Of a stretch of 64,000 nt of DNA, positions 8,377 to 17,967 are shown in pieces. The stretch is from a virus (taxonomy: Duplodnaviria; Caudoviricetes). The position numbers and the translations under genes were made by a program. The stretch spans positions 96,001-160,000 of the IMG/VR virus record IMGVR_UViG_3300050142_000050. One strand, written 5' to 3'. Every line of letters begins with the position of its first letter. Positions within the stretch are counted from its first letter, which is position 1. Under the pieces are notes generated by a model. The model saw only the letters and a program-made list of their open reading frames with translations. It did not search any database and was not told the DNA's origin.

Positions 8377-8637
8377 ATGGTTCAATCCTGGACTAACTTC
8401 ATCAAAAAGTTTTCACATATGGCAATCCAGCTAGGTAGGCGATATCGCCAACGGGGGGCACCCGGCTTCGTCACAGTCAAAGCTACCCTGAATCGACATG
8501 ATCAGGACTACAAGGAAGGGTTCCGGTTCCTCGGATCGAATGGTCGTACCTATCGTGAAGATGGTACCTACAGCTCCACGCGTGGAGCTATTTCAGATCA
8601 CGACCTCATCGAGTGGGTCGATCGTCCTACTGAGTAA
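8377..8637 (+). CDS. Hypothetical protein (start at 8377 or 8419)
   Basis: Short ORF between two terminator hairpins. Confidence 0.6.
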   Translation: MVQSWTNFIKKFSHMAIQLGRRYRQRGAPGFVTVKATLNRHDQDYKEGFRFLGSNGRTYREDGTYSSTRGAISDHDLIEWVDRPTE

Positions 8638-8655
8638 CTCGATACTTTTACAAAA

Positions 8656-8686
8656 TGACAGAGGGGGCGATGAGCCCCCTCTGTCA
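8656..8686. terminator. Bidirectional hairpin between convergent genes
   Basis: tgacagagggggc-gatga-gccccctctgtca, 13-bp stem. Confidence 0.65.
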
Positions 8687-8692
8687 GTGTAG

Positions 8693-11600
8693 TTATCCGT
8701 TGAAGAAGATATCGACGAGCTTTGCTTTTCCGACCTCCATGTTCCTCTCTGCGATACCTAGGAGAGGACTCTTCACGATACGGTTGATGATCGAGGTGAG
8801 TGAGAACAGAGCACCCACAGGTACACCCGATTCCGTATAGTGCGATTCTTCGGAAACGTGTGAGATGATTGCCTTATTGGCATTACCGAAACAGAGCTTA
8901 TCTCCAGCTTCAGCCGTGAGAGTCTCTTGGATCATGTATTCCAACAAAACAGTATCCTCAGTGAACTCGATACCCTTGTAATAGGTACCAGGTGCCACAT
9001 ATCCAGGACGCTCAGAGATCTTCGAACCTGGGATAGCAGAGAGAGCAGCGTTCTGTTGACGCTCTTCTTTCTCATATACCTTCAGGATCGATTTGAGGCT
9101 GTCTGAGAGCTCATTTCGGTCACAGGCGTAAAGTATGCGCAGCTTACTTACAGTGCCTGTATAGCCCGCTGTAGGCGTCTGACGACTAAGCTTAGCCATC
9201 AGGTCCAACTTAGACTGCGTCTGGTAGAGTTCAGTCTGCACCATGACGTCATCGCTGATCACACATAGAGGAGTGGTCGTATCGACATGATCACCAGGTT
9301 TGACAGTCGATATGAGGATGGCATTCTTCTGAGTGACCACTGGACACTGGTGAGCAGGCGTCATATTCAGACGATTAGCCATAGCGCGAGTGATCTCGCA
9401 GGCGTCTTCGTGATTACTCCCTTTTTCACACAGAGCCACCGTTTCGATGATACCATGCTTGAACGTCACTTGCTTGGACATCGGATCGGGTACGAAGAAC
9501 CCATCGTTGTAGATGAGGATATCTCCTTCCTTGATCTTCTCTCCCACATGGACATTGACCTTCCTTGTTTGGAGGAGGAATGCCCCTGAGATCTGCGAGT
9601 AAGCATCCTTGTAGGAATAAGACTTCACTTCACCAGGAGTAGTGGTACCGATCAGTTCCAGACGGATGTAGTAGAGACAGCTCTCGCTACCATCTGAGAG
9701 AGCTTTCACCAACTGACTCTGCTTACGCACCAAATCACGATCAGGGATACCATCCACCGAATCACATCGTAGACGAGATACCACCTTACCATAGGTGGAA
9801 TTCGTCAGAGCGAAGATACCGTTGGCTGGATAAGAACCCAGTGACCGCTCGGTGACCAAGATACCGACGAAGTTGTGATCCTTGCGATACTTGTCGATGA
9901 TGGGGTCGGAATAAGGAAGAGTCAGCTTCCGCAAAGGATCGATAGGCTTATCAGCATATCGGACCCGCAGTACCTTAGCTTTCTCATCGATAGACTCGAC
10001 TACGCCATCTGCTTCAGCAGCGATAGCGAATGTGTCACTGACCAGATGAGGAAGAACCGCATCATACCCAGTACGCACAGAAGCTGTCTCACCATCTCCA
10101 TGGTTAGGTACATAGTGAGAGATCTGGATGCTCAGGTAGGAAGCACGCTTACCATCGTCCGTGGTACCACCAGGCATCACGTTAGTACCGATGGCGAGCA
10201 TCTGAGGAGCTTCTAGCTCATCACCCTCCTTATACGCCTTAGGGATACCGTGGACGTTGTCGATGTTAGGAGATGCCGACAGATAGGAGGTGATACCTAC
10301 CTTACCAGAGTCAGGTACAGCATCAGAGACGATACCTAAACCATCCTTGGGGTAGATACGAGACTCCTGTGTGATAGCATCCGCAGATCGACCGCCACGA
10401 CCCGTGAAGGTGTAGTTAGCAGACTGTTTCACTTCATGGATTGGATTGATCGTGTCGTTGATCGCCACAGTAGCATCCTGGACGATCTTCTGGAAGACAT
10501 CTTCAGGATTGATCGAGAATGACTTCTTACCATTGGTACGACGCCACCTGGAGAATTCCTTGAAGATAGACTCATAGACGATCCCATTCCACCGTTCAAA
10601 CTTACGGAAGCGGTGGTTAGCGATAGACGCCGTATCGATCGCGTAATAGTCGGTGACCATCATGTTTGCACGGAGTAAGAGAGCTGACCACACGGTCGGC
10701 TCGCTCATATCCCGCAGGACGGTCTCGGTGATGGGATCAACAAAGAAATCGACGAATTGTGTAACCGTCTGGATAGTCCCAGGCTTCATCTTCTTGGACA
10801 CCAGTACCTTTGTGTAAGGAGCTGGGAAGTTCAAGTCCTTGAAGTTGATATCCTTGAGATCAGCCCAAGTCAAACCGGCTGCGATCAAAGACCGCTGGAG
10901 GGGATATCGGTTAAAGACCAAGAAACCATCAGCGAAGCGGATCGAGATATCATCGATCCCGATCACGGGTCGGTTACCACTCGAATAGAAACGATACTGG
11001 AGATTGATCTTCTTGAACAGATTCTCCAGACCCATCTCATATCCCAAGGTGAATACCAGAGGGATCTTCTCACCCGGGAAACTGACGAGCGTGTATTCAT
11101 TAACCTGCTTTTGGAGACCAGCCTCACTACCCAGTACATCGACCAAGAGTTGGTTGAAGGACTTCCAATGAGAAAGCTCCTCACCCTTGTGCGATACTTT
11201 ACGAATGGAGTTCTTAAAGTCCCAGAACAGGAGCTCCATATCACTCGTGATACCGACAAAGATACCAAACTTCGATGACAGAGATGTCGCCACCTTTTGG
11301 ATAGCCGACATCCGATCAGTGATAGGTGCACCATCCTGACCGAAGTAGAAGGTCATACCTCCCACAGTGATCTCAGTGAAGCCCTTACTGATCGCTGAAT
11401 AGTCATAGGGGAGAGGCTTTACGGGATCTTCAGCCTTACCCACCTGAGCAGTGAGCATACCTTCTGCGCGCAGTTTCAGGATATGAGCGATGATCACGTG
11501 TTCGAAACTATTACGCTTCGATTCCACACGTGATACGAGCACCTTCCCGAAGTGCGAAGAGAGGGATACTTCACTATCACTGATCTTACAGATCGGAAGA

Positions 11601-13303
11601 GTGACAGCCTGGCGAGTCAGGATATACTCAGTACCACTGATCGTGATCGTACCATCCTTCGAGATGGTAGGACGAGAGAACTTGATGGTGTGAGACCTAC
11701 CATCGATATCCCGCATGGACACCTTGTAGGTGGTCGTCTTATCCATCTCAGTGCTGTGATGTTCTTCCTCGATATGAGTGATGAACAAACCATGCTTAGC
11801 CGTAGAAGCCAGTACCTTCGCCAGATCGGCATGGTACATCTTCTCCTGATAGGCCTTATCGATAGCCACCAATGTGGACTGCTTGTGAGACTCCTCAGGA
11901 GCTCCTGTCAAGAAGTCCATCTTCTTGGGCTTAAAGCTCTCAGGAGGCTGCTCCTGGATCAGCTCACTCAAAGTCTTACCACCGATGGTTACATTGAAGT
12001 GATTGTCCACTAGCTCTCGTTTACGAGCTTCCTTCTTGGGTTCGACAGCCACCTTCTCAGCGACCACCTTGTCCACATGCGTACGGATGTGATCTTCGAG
12101 CTTAGTATCCTGCTCACCCAATTCGATCGGTCTTACCACCACCTGCGATACAGGAGTGGTATGGTCGTCATGGAGATAACCACCAGCAGCATCAGCTGGA
12201 TCATGCTTTACCGCGAACTTGTCTTCTTTGGGGAGCTCTTTGACCTTCTCCTCGATAGGAGCACTCGTCTCACTGTCGATGATACCCTGCTCTTCGATCT
12301 CACCTGTCTCTTCATGAGGATCAGTCTCCATATCGATGAAGTCACCACTGGGATGACGCAGTGTCATGAAGTGTGTGTAAAGCTTCCCAAAGAAGCCAGG
12401 GTCATTAGAGAACTCGATGATGTCACCCAGGTTATAGATGACTGCCTTCCTACCCTTGTACAGGACGATGTTGATCACCTTAAGGACATCCGTCGGAATT
12501 CGCTCCAGGAGCGACGAGGAGCGCAGGTCCCGTAAGGATGGGTGATCCTTACCCAAGAGCTTAAGATCCGTCTTATACGGCGTCACATTCAACCTACGGC
12601 TACGTCCTAGGACATATCCCAAGATATGCACCAAAGGAAACAGCGTGGGATCATGACGCAGTTTAGCCATGGTCGAATTCGACAGCTCTTTTGCAGCTGC
12701 GACAAAAGCAGCCTTCGTCGTCGTGCCCTCATTCTGAGGTAGGAACAAAAAGTGCTGACATCCAGTACCGATCGATTCGATCGAGTTCAAGATAGTGCGG
12801 AAGATCACATCGAACTTGCGATACTCCTCATTGACACCCGGCGTCTTGAGATACATAATCGGCGAATAGTCGACACGCGTGATCGTCCCAGGCATGGTCC
12901 CGATAGTGCGAGGTACCATGATCTTCTTATAGTCACGGTGATGCTGATACCAATAACTGATACCCGCCATCATCGGAGTAGGACGGAAGACCAGATTCTC
13001 CTTCACTGGGAGAGGCTTCGAATGCTCATCTGCGATCTGATTGTAGATCAGGATATAGCGAGGAGCCTTAGCCTCATCGATCGGACTGAAGTGAGGAGTA
13101 GGGAGACAATCACCCTCAGGTTCGAGAGTCTCCATATTTCCGATAGTGTGGACCACCGACCCGATAGGCATGGCCAGCTCTGTGAAGTCATCGATCTTCT
13201 TAGGAGCCTGTCCTATACGCCGGGTATGAAACATCGTGTAGAAGCGCTGGTAGGAGATGCGCATAGCCTCCATACCCAGCCCGGTAAAGGGGTTAAAGTC
13301 CAT
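8693..13303 (-). CDS. rpoB: Virion RNA polymerase beta-like subunit, N-terminal part (phiKZ gp178-like)
   Basis: 1536 aa with diverged beta motifs PDSGKVGI, TTDDGKRA, GSNHEDA and AGDKL...NKAII; lacks the beta C-terminus, which is encoded separately at 55823. Confidence 0.9.
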   Translation of the reverse strand: MDFNPFTGLGMEAMRISYQRFYTMFHTRRIGQAPKKIDDFTELAMPIGSVVHTIGNMETLEPEGDCLPTPHFSPIDEAKAPRYILIYNQIADEHSKPLPVKENLVFRPTPMMAGISYWYQHHRDYKKIMVPRTIGTMPGTITRVDYSPIMYLKTPGVNEEYRKFDVIFRTILNSIESIGTGCQHFLFLPQNEGTTTKAAFVAAAKELSNSTMAKLRHDPTLFPLVHILGYVLGRSRRLNVTPYKTDLKLLGKDHPSLRDLRSSSLLERIPTDVLKVINIVLYKGRKAVIYNLGDIIEFSNDPGFFGKLYTHFMTLRHPSGDFIDMETDPHEETGEIEEQGIIDSETSAPIEEKVKELPKEDKFAVKHDPADAAGGYLHDDHTTPVSQVVVRPIELGEQDTKLEDHIRTHVDKVVAEKVAVEPKKEARKRELVDNHFNVTIGGKTLSELIQEQPPESFKPKKMDFLTGAPEESHKQSTLVAIDKAYQEKMYHADLAKVLASTAKHGLFITHIEEEHHSTEMDKTTTYKVSMRDIDGRSHTIKFSRPTISKDGTITISGTEYILTRQAVTLPICKISDSEVSLSSHFGKVLVSRVESKRNSFEHVIIAHILKLRAEGMLTAQVGKAEDPVKPLPYDYSAISKGFTEITVGGMTFYFGQDGAPITDRMSAIQKVATSLSSKFGIFVGITSDMELLFWDFKNSIRKVSHKGEELSHWKSFNQLLVDVLGSEAGLQKQVNEYTLVSFPGEKIPLVFTLGYEMGLENLFKKINLQYRFYSSGNRPVIGIDDISIRFADGFLVFNRYPLQRSLIAAGLTWADLKDINFKDLNFPAPYTKVLVSKKMKPGTIQTVTQFVDFFVDPITETVLRDMSEPTVWSALLLRANMMVTDYYAIDTASIANHRFRKFERWNGIVYESIFKEFSRWRRTNGKKSFSINPEDVFQKIVQDATVAINDTINPIHEVKQSANYTFTGRGGRSADAITQESRIYPKDGLGIVSDAVPDSGKVGITSYLSASPNIDNVHGIPKAYKEGDELEAPQMLAIGTNVMPGGTTDDGKRASYLSIQISHYVPNHGDGETASVRTGYDAVLPHLVSDTFAIAAEADGVVESIDEKAKVLRVRYADKPIDPLRKLTLPYSDPIIDKYRKDHNFVGILVTERSLGSYPANGIFALTNSTYGKVVSRLRCDSVDGIPDRDLVRKQSQLVKALSDGSESCLYYIRLELIGTTTPGEVKSYSYKDAYSQISGAFLLQTRKVNVHVGEKIKEGDILIYNDGFFVPDPMSKQVTFKHGIIETVALCEKGSNHEDACEITRAMANRLNMTPAHQCPVVTQKNAILISTVKPGDHVDTTTPLCVISDDVMVQTELYQTQSKLDLMAKLSRQTPTAGYTGTVSKLRILYACDRNELSDSLKSILKVYEKEERQQNAALSAIPGSKISERPGYVAPGTYYKGIEFTEDTVLLEYMIQETLTAEAGDKLCFGNANKAIISHVSEESHYTESGVPVGALFSLTSIINRIVKSPLLGIAERNMEVGKAKLVDIFFNG

Positions 13304-13360
13304 ACTACCCTCTTATTGTGAGATAAATATCATACGATGAGTAGAGTTAGATAGAGGATA

Positions 13361-13388
13361 TAGACTGGGGCCATGTGGCCCCAGTCTA
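13361..13388 (-). terminator. Hairpin directly after the beta' exon 2 stop
   Basis: tagactggggcc-atgt-ggccccagtcta, 12-bp stem. Confidence 0.55.
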
Positions 13389-13565
13389 TCAATCCAAACT
13401 ACCAGGTTCTGTATAGGTGAGATTGTGCAACCAAAGATCGATAAGGTAAGTACTCCCACCTGTCACGAACCTTAGGTCAGTATTGATCACACTCGAAATA
13501 CCACTGAGGTAATCCCGGTTCTCCTCATTGGCATCTTTAGTGTACAAAAACTCGATGGAAACTTT
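13389..13565 (-). CDS. rpoC: Exon 2 of the virion RNAP beta' N-terminal subunit (58 aa; not in the ORF track)
   Basis: Reads KVSIEFLYTKDANEENRDYLSGISSVINTDLRFVTGGSTYLIDLWLHNLTYTEPGSLD*. Joined to exon 1 it gives GADHDGD-KVS in frame. Confidence 0.85.
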   Translation of the reverse strand, partial: KVSIEFLYTKDANEENRDYLSGISSVINTDLRFVTGGSTYLIDLWLHNLTYTEPGSLD

Positions 13566-13936
13566 CCTGATGTTCAGCAGTGCTCGTTAGACACTACCCG
13601 TCCTTTCTTCCTTAGGAAAAGAGGACTGCTTACACTCTCGTGTAAGAGCAGACTATATCTTCACCCTCTCGTTGGAGTAGGGTGCTCCCCATTTCGGGAT
13701 CACTCGATCCCTACACCGTGGCAGGTGGTTAGTCGTTGAGCACATCGCATGACCTATAGAGGCTTTAGCGACTTCGCTGCGGATTTTCTCTATCTCTGTA
13801 ATTTTTACCATCTCGATGTGATTAGCATCGCCCCTCACTATCTAGTTTCCTAGGTGGGTTGGTATACAGAGCCTAACGAGACGTTCCCGCAATTAGAGGA
13901 GATTCACTTTACCATCTCTGATAAAGAGGACATCGC

Positions 13937-15268
13937 TTATTGCATAAAACACGACTTTACTTCAATGACAGGAAACTTCTTTAGGTCCACATGCTGGATA
14001 TTCCAACTCCTCCAGCGCATGGTACCATCACTCGACTTAAGCATCCGGGACATTACCGCCGGATCACAACGCTTCTCTCGATCCTCATTACACCACTCCG
14101 TCACACTGGTGTAATATCTCACTACTCCATCGCCCCCTACGATATTCAGAGGACGATCCGTCGCCTTAGTCCGATCGAAGATATCTAAGACCTCCTCAGG
14201 ATATACAGGCCACTTCACGAGCTCGCCTTCTTCTGCGAGGCGGAAACCCATACCCTTCCAAGGTATGACTGTCTCATACATCAACAGACGATCGAGCACA
14301 TAGTGACGCATCCCATACTTCACCGCTACCTCAGAGCGATTCCCCATGGCGAGCACTCGATGGGTCTTGAGATCCATCACCACGATTGACTTATCGGCCT
14401 TATCGCCGATACGACTCGGATTACGAGACAACTCCTCCCAACTGCGCGGATCATCAGCCTTCTTAAAGATATACCCATGGAAAGGCTTCCCATCAGTAGT
14501 CCTCCGCTCCACCGCCTGGTGAGCACTTTGAGGAGACACACCGAGGAGCCTCGCCATCTCATGGTATCCACCCACCACGAACTCCTGCCCATCACTCAGC
14601 CTCCTGAGGAGTATCTTCTTCTGAGTCTCACCCCGCACACCATCAGTGAAGGCATGCATGTTGTTATCAGAGTAAGTAGCCCACTCGAGATTTCGGATGG
14701 TGTTATTGAGCTTATTGGAGTCCTTATGGTTGACCGTAAGATGTTCAGTGTCCAGAGGATGATCCAAGAAGGTGAGAGCCAACAGTCGATGGAGACGTTG
14801 TTGCTTACCATCGATTTTAACAGTAGTCTCCATATATCCGTTTCTCGGAGAGACACCGACGGGATACTTGTCGACGTACCGTCGCAACTCAGGACCACGT
14901 TCTACAATCCTTATTTCCAAGGACACCCCAGGTACCTTGAACCACACTCCCAGTGGGATGTGTTCTCCTATCCTCTCACGGACTCTATACTGACGATAAT
15001 CCCATTCGAGATTTTCTATCCGGAGATCATCACGATTCCCATTTCGGAAAGACACCGACAACCACTCAGGATCCTTGTCGGTCGGCTTATACGTTATCAG
15101 CATCAGCCTATCGAGCGGGTGCGAAGAAGGCTTGTGACTTTTACCACGGATCTTAACTGCACGTCGACAGTGTCGACTGATGTATTCTTTCTGAACCTCT
15201 CCGGTAGATATCAGCGTGACGACTGCATCTTCGGAGATGTCATATAGAGGATTTGTTGGAATTCTCAT
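13937..15268 (-). CDS. Intron-encoded HNH homing endonuclease with C-terminal NUMOD1/IENR1-like repeats
   Basis: LHRLLALTF...VNHKDSNKLNNTIRNLEWATYSDNNMHA is an HNH core; three following repeats resemble NUMOD1 helix-turn-helix units. Confidence 0.9.
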   Translation of the reverse strand: MRIPTNPLYDISEDAVVTLISTGEVQKEYISRHCRRAVKIRGKSHKPSSHPLDRLMLITYKPTDKDPEWLSVSFRNGNRDDLRIENLEWDYRQYRVRERIGEHIPLGVWFKVPGVSLEIRIVERGPELRRYVDKYPVGVSPRNGYMETTVKIDGKQQRLHRLLALTFLDHPLDTEHLTVNHKDSNKLNNTIRNLEWATYSDNNMHAFTDGVRGETQKKILLRRLSDGQEFVVGGYHEMARLLGVSPQSAHQAVERRTTDGKPFHGYIFKKADDPRSWEELSRNPSRIGDKADKSIVVMDLKTHRVLAMGNRSEVAVKYGMRHYVLDRLLMYETVIPWKGMGFRLAEEGELVKWPVYPEEVLDIFDRTKATDRPLNIVGGDGVVRYYTSVTEWCNEDREKRCDPAVMSRMLKSSDGTMRWRSWNIQHVDLKKFPVIEVKSCFMQ

Positions 15269-15273
15269 AATTC

Positions 15274-15306
15274 ACCTAGTTGTTATTTCACCATATAATA
15301 CTAGGT
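15274..15306 (-). promoter_or_regulatory. Hairpin sequestering the HNH ribosome-binding site, with TATG in its loop
   Basis: Minus strand ACCTAGT-attaTATGgtgaaataaca-ACTAGGT-gaattATG; the 3' arm contains the AGGTG Shine-Dalgarno sequence. Confidence 0.65.
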
Positions 15307-15373
15307 AAAATTTTCACACCTTTTTACAAGGGTATTTTCCTGTCAATTATCGTGTTCTATGCACTAAGGTCAA

Positions 15374-16900
15374 ATCGCCGTCATGATCGGCACCCATAGC
15401 TGCCATCTTACTCGGATGGACCATGGCTGCATCCATGAATGCATTCTTGAGAATTGGGTATTGCTTCAGGGTGGTACTGAAACTACCACCAGAGACCAAG
15501 TCCACCAACTGCACCGCTCGGGACGGTGTCGTCGATACCACATGGACTCTACCTGGATATGTAGAACCCTGTTCAATCACCGGATAACGGGTGACTAGAC
15601 AGTGTGCTCCATTACTGCTCACCTCAGCTACGATGTAAAGCATCTCAGCATAGGTGATAGGTCTGATCTTCTTCTTGTCGATAGGACGAGGCCATCCGTT
15701 CTCCAAGTCGACGATACTGCGGAACAGTGCGATTTCATCACCCTCGTCATATACGAAGAGGAGTGCATATTTGTCACCTGTTATATCCTCGATCATGACC
15801 GGTGAACGTCGTAGTTCCACGTTTCGGAAATCGTTGAAGATATCCTCATTACCAGAGGTGGTCATCCACTTATCACGGACTGGCGAATCTACTCTGGTGT
15901 ATACCAGCTCGAAAGTCTTTGGATCACTCAATGCCACATTGGTAGTGGTCTCGGCTTTGAAGATAGGAGTCGAGAAGATCTGTCGCAGATTGAAGGCTGC
16001 GATAGGAGTGAGTCCCTTGACAGTCTGGTAGATACCCACCATCACGTCGTCAGCTCCCAGGAGCTGTACGTCTTCTGGGGAGTTGGCTAGGAAGGGAGCA
16101 GCGGTGATCACATTACGAGTACCACCAGCCACATGGCGGCGTGCGAAGTTGCTCTGGATGAAACCGCGCTTACCATCGAGGAAGTTCTCGATATATTCGT
16201 AGATCTCCTGAGCTTTGGACTGGAGCTGCCATCTCACTGGATCATAGAGAGGTGAGTTGGATCCACGAGGGATAGCTCTGGTGTACATCTGTAGGGAATT
16301 GTAGAGCTTGTTGATCTCATCCTGGATCAGTCGACCAGAACTATCATTGGCGATATCACGCAGACCTGCTGGTATCACGATATGCCGATCAAACTCTGTG
16401 ATCTTCTGATACTTGAGGATCACCTCGATGTTTTCATCTCGTTTGCTAGAACCAGTGCGAGGGAACTCGATTTCATGGAAGTGACTCATGAAGAAGGAGT
16501 AGCCAGTATCGGCTTGATCATTCTCAAGAGGATCACCTGTGAACCGAATGAAGTCATTCTTGACACGATCAAAGATCGCATACTCAGCGCCAGACATGAT
16601 GTCCTTATAGAGGCGCTTGAGCTTACAGAGGATGGCGAAGATCTTGGGATGGAGGATCCTGGTACCCAGATCGATCCACCCGAATTTGAGCATGCGATCA
16701 GGGGAACCTACTTGTCCGAAGATCTCTTCGGAGTAAAGACCTTCTGCATGGTAGATAGAAGTCGATGGTTCAAATACCATCGAGCTAGTTACCTGACGAG
16801 CTCTCTTCTCATGGATGAACTGATTGACATCCATGATTCTGATATTGACAGGATCATCGATTGTCCCGATATCCCCAGGTAGACGTTCGGTAGATACCAT
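15374..16900 (-). CDS. rpoC: Exon 1 of the virion RNAP beta' N-terminal subunit (phiKZ gp180-like)
   Basis: GKRGFIQSNFARRHV, TRYPVIE and catalytic-type MGADHDGD motifs. The track ORF runs 8 further codons into the intron. Confidence 0.9.
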
Positions 16901-17027
16901 AAATCACCTTTGTGATTGAGGCTCTCCTCAACAGAGTCGAGCATAAATGTAATGCGGCCAGGGCCGATCATACTATTGACTCCCCCCGGATAGTGATACT
17001 ATCTGAAGGAAAAAAGAAAGACGACCC

Positions 17028-17957
17028 ATGTCAGAAGAACCAAAAGCATTCGATCCTGTTTTACAGCAGAAGATCAATGACGAGCGTCTGGCTAAGACCT
17101 TCTTCACTCCAGACTTCATCTATGTCGATCTAGTCCTATTCAAGGACTTCAACCTAGGAGCTATCCTCTACGAGGGTTACCTCCAGGGACGTGGGGTGTT
17201 TGAGGAATACACCCAGGTCATCAAGGACAAGATCGAGAAATACCAGACTCGTCGCTATGACACAGTCGGTAACCTATTTGCGACGATAGGGTTCAATGAC
17301 AAGCGGATCGAGTCCCTACTCTCCGATAAATCGAAACACCTATCACAATTCATATTCGCCCCCCAGACCAACTTCCTGATCTACTTCATCAGTCATATGG
17401 CTCGCAATAAGAACCATTCGGCTCCTGCTGAGAAGTTCGAGAAAGTCAAGATCGATGAAGGTAAACACATCCGTAACTACGATGAGGTAACAGTCCTCAT
17501 CAACACATGGCCCTTGACTCTCCCTGAGAATGTGATATACGCATTCGGTGAGACGCTAGGTAGTGAGTTAAGCGTGAACATCTTGATGATGAACAAAGAC
17601 CCATCTACGTTTGATGAGGAAGATTGGACCACCTGGGTACGTAAGGTAGATTGCTTCTATAGTAATCTGATCGGTCCTATGTTGGGTAGCGATATGATGC
17701 AGAATCATCAGGCAGAACTAGACCTCTGCGGGAAGTACATGTTTGTCAGAAAGAGGTTCGAGCGTGAGTTTGCTCTTATCAATCAGAAACTGACTGAGAT
17801 TGAGTTTGAGCGCATCATCGCTGAGGACTCGTCTAAGCAGAGTATGTTGATCGACCTCGAGTGGATCGCTAATCGAGATCTGTCCTTCCCCGAATACCAA
17901 GATATACCCGACACCATTGATCCGGATGTGGAAACTACCCTCCGGAATAACCCTTAG
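17028..17957 (+). CDS. Hypothetical protein (309 aa)
   Basis: ORF divergent from beta', at the head of the tail operon. Confidence 0.8.
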   Translation: MSEEPKAFDPVLQQKINDERLAKTFFTPDFIYVDLVLFKDFNLGAILYEGYLQGRGVFEEYTQVIKDKIEKYQTRRYDTVGNLFATIGFNDKRIESLLSDKSKHLSQFIFAPQTNFLIYFISHMARNKNHSAPAEKFEKVKIDEGKHIRNYDEVTVLINTWPLTLPENVIYAFGETLGSELSVNILMMNKDPSTFDEEDWTTWVRKVDCFYSNLIGPMLGSDMMQNHQAELDLCGKYMFVRKRFEREFALINQKLTEIEFERIIAEDSSKQSMLIDLEWIANRDLSFPEYQDIPDTIDPDVETTLRNNP

Positions 17958-17967
17958 GAGATGACCG

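Larger units (their letters stand above)
13566..15373 (-). mobile_element. Group I self-splicing intron (1808 nt, IA-like) with homing endonuclease
   Basis: Minus-strand core: P AATTGCGGGAA (13894-13884), Q AATCCGCAGC (13785-13776), R TCAACGACTAA (13739-13729), S AAGATATAGTC (13661-13651). P3 CTCCTC/GGGGAG, P8 CACCCT/AGGGTG, P9 with GAGA tetraloop, extra stems between P7 and P3. The 5' exon ends in U and the intron ends in G. Confidence 0.92.

Noticed and set aside
13854-15247. Plus-strand ORFs 13854-14114, 13991-14188 and 14477-15247 within the intron
   Set aside because: Antisense to the intron core and HNH gene, with no ribosome-binding sites or motifs.
15338-15343. Perfect TTGACA on the minus strand inside the intron
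   Set aside because: No -10 hexamer at 16-18 nt spacing, so a host sigma70 promoter is unsupported.
15347-15373. Track ORF 15347-16900 as a complete protein ending LTLVHRTR
   Set aside because: The last 8 codons are intron sequence; the true C-terminus is exon 2 at 13565-13389.
13566-15373. Intein or group II intron as the interruption of beta'
   Set aside because: There is an in-frame stop, no Cys/His-Asn intein ends, no GTGCG start and no reverse transcriptase; group I P/Q/R/S elements are clear.
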